Below, in pieces: positions 51,001-62,585 of a stretch of 64,000 nucleotides of DNA. The notes under the pieces are model-generated. The model saw only the letters and a program-made list of their open reading frames with translations. It ran no database searches and had not been told where the DNA came from. Numbering within the stretch: position 1 is the stretch's first letter; each line of letters starts with the position of its first letter. This DNA comes from Balanoglossus misakiensis (lineage: Eukaryota > Animalia > Hemichordata). The DNA lies in assembly GCA_040954595.2 (NCBI GenBank), contig CM082578.2, positions 9,099,519-9,163,518 of the forward strand. The letters are read 5' to 3'. The translations under genes and the position numbers were made by a program.

Positions 51001-54000
51001 TTCACAATTAAAATGCATTATCTGATACATTATACACATACCGGGTAGTACTGATAACAACATTGGTAGCGATATAAACAACCTTGGACTTAGAAGCGAC
51101 TGGCAAAAACGGTTTCAAACAATTTCAAACATGTCATCATATAGCGCATGTAACCAGTTCACTAAGTTTCAAAACAGAATGGGGGTGTGATGTCCACTAT
51201 AAAAGTATCCCACAGAAAAGAAGAAGGTGCAATCAAATCCTGGGCAATGAACATGTATTAATAAAGAAAGACTCACTGGTACATCAGGAAAATTCTGTCC
51301 TCTGACTTTATATTCCTTAGACACGTCAACAGGAATCAAAATCTCTCCGTTGGTTATAATCTGGGGACAGCTGTCTGAACTGCCTGCCTCATTCTGAAAA
51401 TTACAATCATGTGAAAGAAAATTAGAGTGGTATTGACGACAAAATTGTCAATTTTCTACACATACACCAGGGTGTCATTTGAACCAGATTATAATGAAAT
51501 TGGGAGCCATTAGCAAATTCCACGAATCACTTTGTTTGTACTTACAGCATTTCCTGGGACGACGCCTTCACTTAAACAAATGCTTGTGTCCTTGGAGCAT
51601 TTATTTTCAAAAATACACCAATCACAGCCATAGTCATTGTTGGTACACGCCAGGCAGGTCTTGAATGCTTCACATTCATAAAAATCAAAATCAACACTGA
51701 CAAACTTGACATCGGTTTCGTCGGCTAGCAGCGATAATTTCACTCTTACATAACCTTGGTAACAATAAAAATAAGACATTTAGTTAGTTTCACATATGCT
51801 TTGTATTTGGAAGATTTCAGAAAAAAAATGTAGCTTTGCTCGAATGAACATGTACAAATGAACATATGAAGAAACGAATGGTAATGCTGTACACTATATA
51901 CCCCCCCCCCCCCATCATCAGCTCTTTCCATTCAATTCTCATTTTCTCACCTATGTCTCCAGGGGCGGGGACAGTCGTCGGCGACGGAGTTGAACAAGTC
52001 AACTGATTGCCACCTTGGTCTTTCACAGCGGCTGCAGTCTTTCCCAGGTTGGCAAACACACAGTGGAAATTATCGCTGGTTTCCGGCAGACTGGTTACAG
52101 TCAGCGTCAACTGTTCCAATAAAAAAAAAAGAATTCAACATGTAAGTCCACGATCCAGCTTCAAACCACCATTCATCATCTAGCAGAGTGATTTCCACAT
52201 TTCATGTACATGTACAAGTACTCACCGTTTCCAGCTGACCCCTCTCTACACTCGCTGGTGCCACCACAATGCTTGGGCAAGCACCTTTATTGCCAATCCA
52301 TCTGTTGGAGTTCTCATCGTTGGAGCCGGCACAGACGTCTACTTTCCGACCGCATCTGGGGAAAAATCACAATATAACTTTAGATGGCGCAAAATGGCTG
52401 GCTCAAACGAAAGATAAGGAGCGTTTTTCTTGAGATGTTATGCAAAATGTCCTTGCTTGCCCAGGTTTATAAAATACACTACTTTCCAGAGAGCATTATA
52501 TCGTCTCAAAGCTGTTGTTGTTGTTTGTTTCAAAACAGACTTACTTAGTTTCCAATGAACACCATCCACAGTACGGATCGCCTACACCGTTGATAGCAGT
52601 GCATTCCTCGCAATTTGTATATTGCTCACAGTCTTCTACTGGTACCTTGGTGATCTACTTGAAAAGTAATAAGAGGCTGGAACTCCTTGAGTATATATTG
52701 TACACTAATTTGATCTCCAAGATTTGGAAACATTAAATCGTTTTTACTGAATCATTGCAAGGATATGCGTTCATATGTTTTGTCAAATAGCAAGCATTCA
52801 TCCTTGCTTTGGTGAACATTTTCCAGGAAAATCTTCACAAACATTACGTTAATTGCTTTTGACCCACCTGCCTCTTACTCATGACGTAGATGAAATTCTG
52901 ATCATTATCGAACACCAGTCCATTCTGTACAATCTCGGGGCTGTCGCTGACCACGGCGATCTCCTCGTACTTCTGAGCTGATGTACCTCTCATGACTTTC
53001 AACTATCGAAATGCATGTACAAGCCATTAGTGGCATGCTTCACATATTAGCTTGCAAGCTTTGAAATTGAAGATCCCTCATTTGAAATACTCGCAGGTCA
53101 CTAACGTAAGTGTCAAAATATAGAGCTATAGCTTTTTTTGGTGTATCTTTTTTTTCCCTTTTATATATCATCAACGTCAAAACAAATGTAACACACAAAA
53201 TCATGCGCCTAAACAACAATATGAACCATTTTTTTTTAGCAAAGTCTACCTTCCACAGTTGTCCACCTCTGTCTCCAGTAAAGATAACAGTGTGTGATAG
53301 ATGTGTTGTTGCTGCAATAGCCGTCAACCTGGACTCACTGGTTGTATAGGCCGCAGTCTGGACAATGTCCACGGATCCACAAATCATCTTCCCGAAATCA
53401 CGGCAGTTGCACATATTGTCACCAATGATTAAATCACCCTGAAAAGGAGATGATTTGTTTAAAATATCCGCTTAGAAACACTATTTATTACTCTTGGGTC
53501 TTCCATTCAAAGGCACAGAACAGAACAGTAATTTCCATTATTGACAGAGACTAAGAGTAGGTTTAGTTTCCACACAACCAAAAACTAACTTTGCATAGGC
53601 CGCAGTTTGGACAATGTCCACAGACCCACAAATCATCTTCCCCAAGTCACGGCAGTTGCACATATAATTGTCTTCATCATTAATGATGATATCATCAAGG
53701 AAAGAAAACAATGATTTGACAACATCGGCTGAGAAACACAATTTACATGTGTTACTCTGAGGATCTCCAAAATGTATGTACAATCAAAAATTAACTTTGC
53801 AGTACCAAAACCACCATTTTTTTAAACTCTATAGCTGCTCAGGAAAGTACTCTGCAAACACATGGTCTGTGCTATTCTTCAGTTTTAACACTGTATTAAC
53901 ACACATACCAGTCTCCCTGTTCCATAGCAGAGTGAAACACTTTGCTGTGCTGACCATTCACATCCATTATGTTGACCAGAGCTGTTAGAACAGTCATTAA

Positions 54001-55084
54001 CCCAGTCTTCATATTTTTGACGAATAGTTTTGATGGAATAAACACAAACTGCAGATTCATCTGTTGGTACATTTGAAGTTCCTTCTCCTTTAGCAAACGC
54101 AACCACCAGAACCGTCTTATCATCACCTGCATTATTTAATCCCAAATCTTCGGCGAGATCTGTGCCAGCCTGGATTGCATACGCTGATTGTGCTAAGTTG
54201 TATTCATTTCCGCTGTTGTCTCTACACACAATTGGAAGATCAATGTAGGTTTCTTTGTACTTCGCACATGTTTGACAGATTTGAACAATTCTGGTTTTTA
54301 ATGGACCATAATGTACGCCAACATCAGGCTGCACTGCTACATAATACATGAAACCATTGTTGGAAAACCCATACACATATTCTATGTTGAACTCTTTATT
54401 TTTTTCATGCAAAAAGTCACTGTCCCCTCCAATGACTGCAGTCTTCGATACAGTTTCAGATGACACAATATCAAAGGCATCTCCATCATCTATAGATGTC
54501 GGAAGGCGGCGGCTTGTCAGAGCATCCCATTGGGGATCTGTGTTCAATACATAACTCCAACCAACATACAAGACATCACTCTCTGGTCCTGGTCCAATGA
54601 GACCAAATGTGGAAGCACTGGGATTTGCTGATGCTACCTGCCTTGCAAAGAATTCCTTCTCAATATTTAGTGTCTGTTTATTCCTGGTTTGACATATTCC
54701 TTTGTAGACACTTCCACACGTGATAATCCAGTCATATCCCAGCCTTGTATCAATAACCAGGATTTTATTCACGTTGTCGGTTGTAACCAGTTCATCGCAC
54801 TCGTTAAAATCTGGCGGAAAACATTGAGGTTCTGAATTATCCTCCTTGGGTCCTGTCACTGCTTCAGTTTCCATCACCAACTCACTGGTCAACTTGTACA
54901 GCCTGTTGACAGAGCCAACATACAGGGCCCCAGTGCCCTTGTCTACAACCATTCTGTTCAAAGATATATCATCATTTCTTGGATCATTCGACTCCTTAAA
55001 AGTAGGGTAACTTTGACACTCGCAAAATGTAAGGAGGGCTAAGCACAGAATCACGGAAATGGTTACTTCCATGATGGCTGCCAT
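45006..55084 (-). CDS. Plexin-A-like type I receptor (signal peptide, Sema, 3 PSI, IPT/TIG repeats, TM) with short acidic Tyr-motif tail and no visible GAP domain; roughly 1,390 aa
   Basis: 20 coding exons (internal boundaries approximate): 55084-53909 (signal peptide [19 protein letters not shown]; Sema: [53 protein letters not shown]), 53438-53250, ~53002-52869, ~52655-52546 (PSI: [10 protein letters not shown]...DPYCGWC), ~52354-52226, ~52111-51951, ~51754-51546 (PSI), ~51393-51277, ~50898-50793, ~50418-50325, ~50049-49861 (PSI), ~49416-49267 (IPT: [20 protein letters not shown]), ~48997-48892, ~48779-48641 ([10 protein letters not shown]), ~48278-48107, ~47969-47876, ~47670-47422, ~47087-46932, 45839-45590 (TM: [25 protein letters not shown]), 45244-45006 (tail, TAG stop). 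Confidence 0.9.
45880..46573 (+). mobile_element. Solo LTR (probably Ty3/Gypsy-type), copy 2, in plexin-like intron
   Basis: 694 bp, TGTTACGAA...TTCGTAACA ends, 4-bp TSD CTGC (45876-79 and 46574-77). Confidence 0.88.
48493..48538. repeat. (AAAC)n microsatellite
   Basis: Directly visible. Confidence 0.92.
53595..53718 (-). pseudogene. Partial duplicate of the plexin-like exon 53438-53250 (pseudo-exon)
   Basis: Encodes [23 protein letters not shown] versus [23 protein letters not shown]. The acceptor AG at the homologous position is absent and the 3' half of the exon is missing. Confidence 0.8.
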
Positions 55085-55601
55085 ACACTTAAATATCCAT
55101 AGCAACTGATTCTTCCAAGTCTACAACAGATCTTCCTATTTGTGGATTCAACTCGTCTTCATATCTCTACCAAGGAGGGAAAGCAAATGTTAATAGTTTA
55201 AAAACGTTTTCTATCTGTTAGGTGTGGTTCTCATATTATACTGGTATCTCGTTTCATATCAGCATTTTCTGTTGTACAAAGTCAGTTTACAAAGATGTTT
55301 GGTGTTTATTAAAGGCCTAATACTGCGGGTATTGTCATGTTAATCGCTGTCTAGAAACTGAGGTTGTGCCAAGCTTTTCTCGCTAGATTTGGTCCAATTA
55401 CATGTACGGCTTCACTTTTACACCATCATCCATGCATCAAGGGAGCTTACCTCATTTTGCAATACATGTAGTATTGTCCACAGACCAAAGCAACCCAATG
55501 ATTTGAGTATTAATATGTTATCCCTCACTGCAAAACTTTTCCATAGATCTAGACCCGTTAGGAGGTCAATCACTGTAGCTAGAAAAGATACCGAGTTCTT
55601 G

Positions 55602-55639
55602 TACTATAAATCGACAGTTTTAACTGTCGATTTGTAGTA
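55602..55639. repeat. Short near-perfect palindrome
   Basis: TACTATAAATCGACAGTT-TT-AACTGTCGATTTGTAGTA (18-bp arms, one mismatch). Confidence 0.85.
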
Positions 55640-55716
55640 AATATTTCGCAGTCTAGATTTTATGTCTGCCCCTACTCGCTCACAACATGTCACACACCTT
55701 AGACTATGAAACTTAC

Positions 55717-55810
55717 CTGAAAATGAAGAGGGCTCTTCTGGCAACTGTAGGGCGGCCACTGTCTACGCACGTCGTCAACTGGGTTGTAAGGTGATGAACC
55801 CGGAAACTTA
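55717..55810 (-). promoter_or_regulatory. Probable 5' non-coding exon / promoter of the plexin-like gene
   Basis: Consensus donor CAG|GTAAGT at 55717/55716; polypyrimidine-TAG acceptor before 55166; CpG-containing segment with ETS-like CCGGAA near 55800. Confidence 0.55.
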
Positions 55811-56695
55811 ACAGTTAAAGTAATAGCTACGGTCTGTATGGGTCGTTTGTGTGATTTCTTGCCGTGTTTTACCACCACCGAGTCGGGCGTACACAGTCCT
55901 GCAAGTGTGCCAACACCAATTTATAACACTTGTCTTTACAGACATTGTCAACACTTCATTTCTTCATCACAAAATCGTGCTTTTTATCGTAAAATAATGA
56001 CTGGCTTGGCAATTTCCCGATCGCATATTGTCGTTTCCCACGGAACTCTAATGGTTTCTATCTGATTATCTCGTTCCATTGCTGTTTCCTCTTTCTATAT
56101 TTAAAAAAAAATCAGAGATCTGGATTAATTTCCTTCTGATCAACAGTTGCTCAGCAAATAGGACATTGAACAAGTTGAGATCACTTGATTCGCCAGTCCT
56201 AAAACAATTTTGAAAACTGGGACCGTGATCGATCGAACCTACAACCCTTCGATTGAGGGCGCTATTTCCCCTAGCAGGCTGAATGCCAGGCTGACTGATG
56301 CCCCCCCCCCCCCGCTCAGTTCTACCGTAACACCTCCTGATCCAGGATTCCGCAGGAACTAAGGCAACAAAAAGATTTGTTTCTGGTCAACTTGCGCAGC
56401 ACTACGACTTGATAACCCACGCGTTAACCCCCTTTTCCTGTATAATAAAATATTTATCGACCGGTGGAAAGGATAAAAACACTTGTAAGAGTGGAGGATA
56501 AAAACGGAGGAGACCATTTCGGAAGCAACCCTTCGTCAGTACTGTATTTACAGTCACTACAAAGGCGCAAATACCACAAGTTTTTATAGATTTCAAGAGC
56601 TCACTGAATACAGGTGACCATACCTTGCTCGATATTAAATGTTGAAATAGTTTTCTATTGATTTTGTTTTTGTTGTTGCGCTAATGGTTTCGGAA

Positions 56696-56781
56696 TAGCT
56701 CTGCGTACAGGTCTGTGTGTTCCCGGCGTTACGCGGCCTCCCGTGTAACGCTGGGAACACACAGACCTGTACGCATGGTTA
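56696..56781. mobile_element. 86-bp hairpin mini-element with 9-bp TSD
   Basis: Arms TGCGTACAGGTCTGTGTGTTCCCGGCGTTACGCGG and CCGTGTAACGCTGGGAACACACAGACCTGTACGCA; flanked by direct repeat GTTTCGGAA at 56687-95 and 56782-90. Confidence 0.8.
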
Positions 56782-56994
56782 GTTTCGGAAGAAAGAGATC
56801 AGGACTTTGCTTGGTCACTGTGAGTTATGAGTAAGTTATAATTGTAAGCAGTTCAAGTTTGTTGTTCGGACCTCATCTGTCAGAAGTCGTGTGTTACTGG
56901 GATTCTGAATGCATTTCTGTTATAGCGACATATACAATGGAAGGAAATTGAAGGGGAAATTCGCCTGAAACCACACAATGCTCATCGATTGGAA

Positions 56995-57194
56995 AAGTTC
57001 AGCGACCGCGTCAACTTCGGAAGTTACTACGCATGCGTGCGTTTGTTTTAAAACGAGGCTGGCGTATGAAATGCGATTCACACACACCCATCGCGTTGAC
57101 ACACGGCGTTGGTGGTGTCTGTTGGCGGTGCTGTAATTCTCCGGTTTATTCGAAGATTTGGCGAATTAGGAGAGCGTTACTGCTCGGGATATAG
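56995..57194 (+). promoter_or_regulatory. Possible CpG-rich promoter / first non-coding exon of an unidentified plus-strand gene
   Basis: CpG-dense segment ending at a good donor ATAG|GTAGGT (57194), followed from ~58 kb by visibly CpG-poor sequence. No coding exon identified. Confidence 0.35.
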
Positions 57195-60100
57195 GTAGGT
57201 TGTTACCCAAACTTCTTCACATGCCAATACTCTGTTCGTCTTAGGACGCGAGAACATCTGGGACAACTTCGCTACATATCAGCGTGTGTAGGGGTATCGT
57301 ATGGTTTGACTTGGAACTTTTCAGTCGTGCAGCTAAAGTCACCTCTATGTTTTAAAGGCGGTAGGAGTCGCATACATTGCACCTGAGTTGGCGATCTCCA
57401 CACTTGTGTGGAATTTGATGTTTTAAAGTCTTGCCGAAAACATGTTGAATACTGCCAAAACACATTTCGGTGTTTACACTAGCTGTATGATTCACACCGC
57501 ATGAAGTGGTGGCGACCGAGGCGTCGGTAGCCACCATTACAGTTTACACCGGATGTGCAGAGATGTTTATTTTAGGGTCACCGATTGAGGGTACGTGCTG
57601 GACACTCGTCTGTCAGCAGTGGTTGCACAACTCCCAAGGTCGCGATTTTCCGCGAGCAGCGTAGGTTAAATTGAGCGTGAAGTTTCCAGCTACTTTTCTA
57701 ACACAATTTTGGTTTGCGTATATTTTGCTAGATCTGAAACTTCTTTCGTTGCAAATGCAATGTACATGATCAGTACAGTGAGCTTTGTGACCCATGTATG
57801 ACATACGTGACAAGTTTGCAAATCACTAACAGCTCAGGTATGCATGCATTCTGCCCACGTTCACTCAGCCACCGGCGGCTGAAGTGAGTAACGAGGTGAA
57901 TTTCTACGGCTAGGTTTCACAATATTCCCGTGTTGCGCGGTGCCAAAGTCGAGAACATCACTCAAGTGAAATGCACTGGCAAGTTGTTTACATGTTCAGA
58001 GCCTGAGACTGATAGGGTGGCACTGACAGGAAGGGGTGCTTGATGGCCGTACCTCTTCTGAAGTTCCGAGAAAGACTTTTTTTTTTACCAATCTTGCAGT
58101 CCATATTATTTAGAGGCGAATAGATTAAATTATTCTCTTGGACGCATGCTGCCAAACCTGTTATATACCAAAGGTGGTTTCAAATGTATCGAATGTGCCA
58201 CTAATTCCTGATCTATGGCCCAGCTGTCAGTTGATAATGGCTTCTTGTATATGCTCATCAATTTTACATGGTGTTTCATAAACTTTCATTGGTCTCCGAG
58301 TGGCAGCCCCACTGTTTAATTTAGTGTGAACCCAGGGACTGAGGGAGAAAGGGAAAAAAGTGTGTTTTAGAATATTGTTGTAATCAGTGGCTAAATTGAA
58401 CTGGCTGCACCTATGTAATTGGCACTGAACTGACGTAAATAGAAGTTATACGTCTACTAAATAGGTTCTGACTACATCATTGTGATTTGTGATTGAAAAG
58501 GTTACTGCTAGATGTACCGTATTCAAATTAATTGTCCTAGAATCTCCAGGGTTGACGAGTTCAAATTAAGTGTCAGTTCATTCTACAAACAACTAATTTA
58601 TAAAGAAAGACAACAGGTGTAATTAAAAAAAGCATGTGTGTTACTCAATGTGGAGTTGTGTGCATGTCAGCAGGAGGGTGACAGACAGAATTGTGTTTTT
58701 GTTGTCCCGCATTCCTGCATGTGAAGTGACCGAAACTGGATTGTCACTTGAGAGATGCTATTGTGATTTTGCTTGTCAATTTGCATGTATGCCGCTGAGA
58801 GAGAGTGGCGTGGACTCTCAGTGTGTGACAGCGTGGGTACTCGTTGGCCGTTGTGAAGTTGGACAATTTTTCATCCATGATCAGCTTCAAGTGCCTTGTA
58901 TGGTTATGCAACAGAAATGTTGGTGCCCGTTAATGATTAAATATTTCAGCCAACCTTTCATGTACAGTTTGTAAGATGGTAAATGTTCATGTAGGTGAGA
59001 CGACAAACGTGCTAAACATTACATTATATTCCCAGCATATTTTTGCAATTTCACTGCTAATTAGCATATGCTGGTTACGCAGAGCTTTAAAATGGCATGA
59101 GAAATTAATTCCTAGGTACTAAATACTTGGCAATTAGGCTCAGTTGGGTGTCAGCTATTTATATTATGCAGGGGCTGTGTACATGTAGTGCCAATGCCAG
59201 GCCATTGATTAATTTACTATTGGTACGTGTAATATACATGTAAAGTGACTGCTTTAGAATTTTGCAGGGAGTACATAAATGATATGCGTATAAACTTCAG
59301 AATTAGTCAAATTCAATGAGGATCTATGCAACTTTATTGATCAGCAATTTTGGCGGAGTTATTGTATTCTGTGAGATAATCTATAGTAATGGGATGTCAA
59401 TGCCATCATTGGCTGCCACTGACAGGCAATCCATCATGAATGCTGCTGTTGAAGCAAAGTTTCATTTCACTCACATACATCATACATGTACAATAAATGC
59501 AAAATTTTCAGTTTTGCAAGACTGAAATTCGGTATACGTGTACTTGTCTGATGGAGTGTGATTGATTTGGTGCCATCTAGCACTGGCAATTTATTTTTTA
59601 TGCTTAATTAATAATGTGATGCAATGTCTATTGACTGTGTGTATTATGTCACGCTGTAATTAAACTCAAGCTCTCCCATGCATGAAATCAAATTCAGAAC
59701 TATATGTACATGTACATGTATTTCACCAGTGTCCTTTCAGAGCTCAAAGTGACAACTTCATCTTCACTGAGGCAGCTGAGCATCACTGACTTGTGGATGG
59801 GTACCTTTGACCTACATCCTTGGGTTTGGTGTGTGTTCTGTCTGGAGCCAGTGAGTCTCTTCAAACATCGATCATTTGCTTCAAACGTGGAAGCCAACAG
59901 TACACGCAACCTGTTCTTGAATAACAATGCTCTGAAATTTGCCAGGGTGTTTCCCTAGTGACTATGAGCACTTCAAACTGGAAGATCTTGCAGCCTTGGT
60001 GGACATGTATGCACAACAACCAGTTCAATCGTTTGATCTGTCTCGTCTGGGTCAGTGGTCTATCTGATAGATTACAGCCTGGCCCGTTTTGTCATACGAG

Positions 60101-62534
60101 TACTGTAACCTGGTTGACCCAATAGTGGTCGTTCTCTACATGTAGTTCTGTTCATCACAGTTTGATTGGACACTCCCTTCCCCAGTGTGTGGGGGAACAG
60201 TTTTTCCCTTTGTACAGCCATATTTTGGTATTACCCAATTTTCTTCTAAAATTTGTCTAGTTACTAAACTAAATCAGACAGCTGGGAAAACTTGCAATAA
60301 ACGTTGGTGTTAAACATTGGGTTGGGTATTCATAATACACACAGACACATCACTTGAGTTGGTTATCACATGGGGAATGTTGGCCTAATGTCAAATATGC
60401 ATATACTGTAGCTGGGCAAATGGAGATTTGAAGGAATCTTTTCTGAACTCGTTACTGGTTTTGCCATCAGAACCACTGAATCCTAGCCAAGTTATGAAGC
60501 AGATATTCAAATGATTCTTGAGAAATTCTGAAAACAATGGAAACAATTCAAAGACCTCTGTGGGAATGAATGAAGAAACAGGGTGTCTACAGCGAGTAAA
60601 AGTGCCTGTGGTTATACCAAGTCACTTGATTAGATTATTTGCAGGCTATGTGATAACACCACAATGACTGGATACAAGATTTCTCTGGTATCAGCCTGGC
60701 ATAACACGGATATTTTAGGTAAGGTGATCTAATGACCTTGGTACGGCGGTATTTTCCCATCAGTCCAAGGCGAAACTGTTATTTCATCTCAATCTCTACA
60801 GGTCGCGGAGTAGTATAGTGTCCGGTTCTGTTCTGTGATTGTATCGGGAGATGCGGGGTCCAAATTTTGTGTGGTTTGTGGTTTCAGATTTGAGGGTCAG
60901 CTGCCCGTTTGCTCGCCTTTACTCAAGATGTAAGATTCTGCTTTTGATTTAGTAAATTACAGATCATCTCCGTAGGGAAATCTGATGCCTTTTGGCTAGT
61001 TGCAGCGGCCACTTTGAGAGAGAAGGTCCGCTCTCTGTGTGTAGAAAATGAATCCCCCAAGCATGTGAGATAAGCATCATTGTAAAAACAAAACCATATA
61101 TACATACATACCGGTACATTTGTATCTAGCCAGATTGAAGGTGACTTTTTTCTCACACCGTTTATTATTGCCCAAGGATACTTTTACTGTTCTGTAAATT
61201 CAAGGGGAAAAACAAATACAATCTAGTAATATTTGATTTTCAGTTTTTCCATAAAACTCGATGGAAACTGTGGGAAGATTTTGAGTCGCCTATAGTGCTG
61301 TCAACTGTCGTAACCTGTGACCTACAAGAGATCACGGCCTCACAATCATGTATCAAAAATTGTGTGGGAGTTTCATGTCGAAAAACAAGTGTGTGACTAC
61401 ATGTAAAAGAATTCTCTCTTGAAGTTGAATATTAAACTTGGTATTCTAAGATAAATCTGAGTCAGAATGAAGTGGTGCTGTTAGGAATTAATTTGGCCAC
61501 AATATTTTATGATCATATATTTTAATCAGATGGGCGTATTTTTTTAAGATTAAACTTATGTGGTTGAAATCTAGATACATGTACATTCATGGACATGTAG
61601 TTTTGATGCCAGATTCTGATACCCTATAGAGGGAATAATGTACTCAGTGCCATTTAATCTGTGAGATTCTGAATAGTCAAGTTTACAATGAGGGAGTTAC
61701 ATGTACACTTGGGATGTTAGCATTGAAGTGGGACTGGAGCATGTACAATAAAGTTGCAGCTACATTTCAGTAATGACAAGAATGTGGCAAAAGGTACATG
61801 TACAAATGTACATGTATGCATAATTGCTTTCTTTGCTATTTGTCACTGGAACTTGCAAGCCATAATTCACACCTTAGACATAAACACAGGTAGTTTTGTT
61901 TTACAGCTCCTGTCTAAATTACAGTAGCCGTCAACAGCCATGCTGCAAGATTTATGGATTTGCCATTGGGTTTTACCTTTTTTCAGTGTCAGGCAGTGTA
62001 AATCACCGCTTGTGTTCGTTTGTGGGCGTGACAGGTGTGAACTCAAAAGATGTTAGTGAGGGTTTACAGACGCAAGTTTCGTCATCGGTATTTTGGGGGT
62101 GCCCCTGGTTTGGCCATTGGCGGCCCTTATTGAGAAAGGGTGGGGGCATGATTACATTATGTACACCTTGCATTGTCTCAGTTTTAAATCAGAGATAAGC
62201 AGTTTAACGACTTTGCTTTTGTCGCCCGTGAATCGGGTCTTGTTTCCATGAATACCTATTAATCTGTTGTATCCTTGCTGTGGTTCATACAAGTGGTAAT
62301 GGTAAAAATCCATTTAAACTGGGGTAACACATGTGTACATGTCTTGTCCAGAAGAGAACTTGGAAAAAAATCAGAGGTGTTTTTGTTGTACATACATACA
62401 AGTTGCATTAGCATCACAGAGGAGACACCCGTATAGGTATTTGCTTTCTTGCAATATTTTTATTACGTGTATTTTTTTGAATGAAAGTTATGTATTGCCA
62501 TACAGACTGTAATCTCATGACCTGTTGACTGCAG

Positions 62535-62585
62535 CTTACACCCTAGGTATACTGCAGCACTGCTGCAGTGTAGCTAGGGTGTAAG
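62535..62585. repeat. Hairpin-forming inverted repeat
   Basis: CTTACACCCTAGGTATACTGCAGCA-C-TGCTGCAGTGTAGCTAGGGTGTAAG (25-bp arms, two mismatches). Confidence 0.8.

Noticed and set aside
53885-55105. 406-aa ORF as a stand-alone secreted semaphorin or MET/RON kinase
   Set aside because: It splices (CTG|GTATGT at 53909) into PSI/IPT/TM exons with plexin-A architecture, and no kinase exons are present.
56220-56290. B-box-like GGTTCGATC on the minus strand (tRNA-like)
   Set aside because: No cloverleaf or A box can be formed; at most a decayed tRNA-derived fragment.
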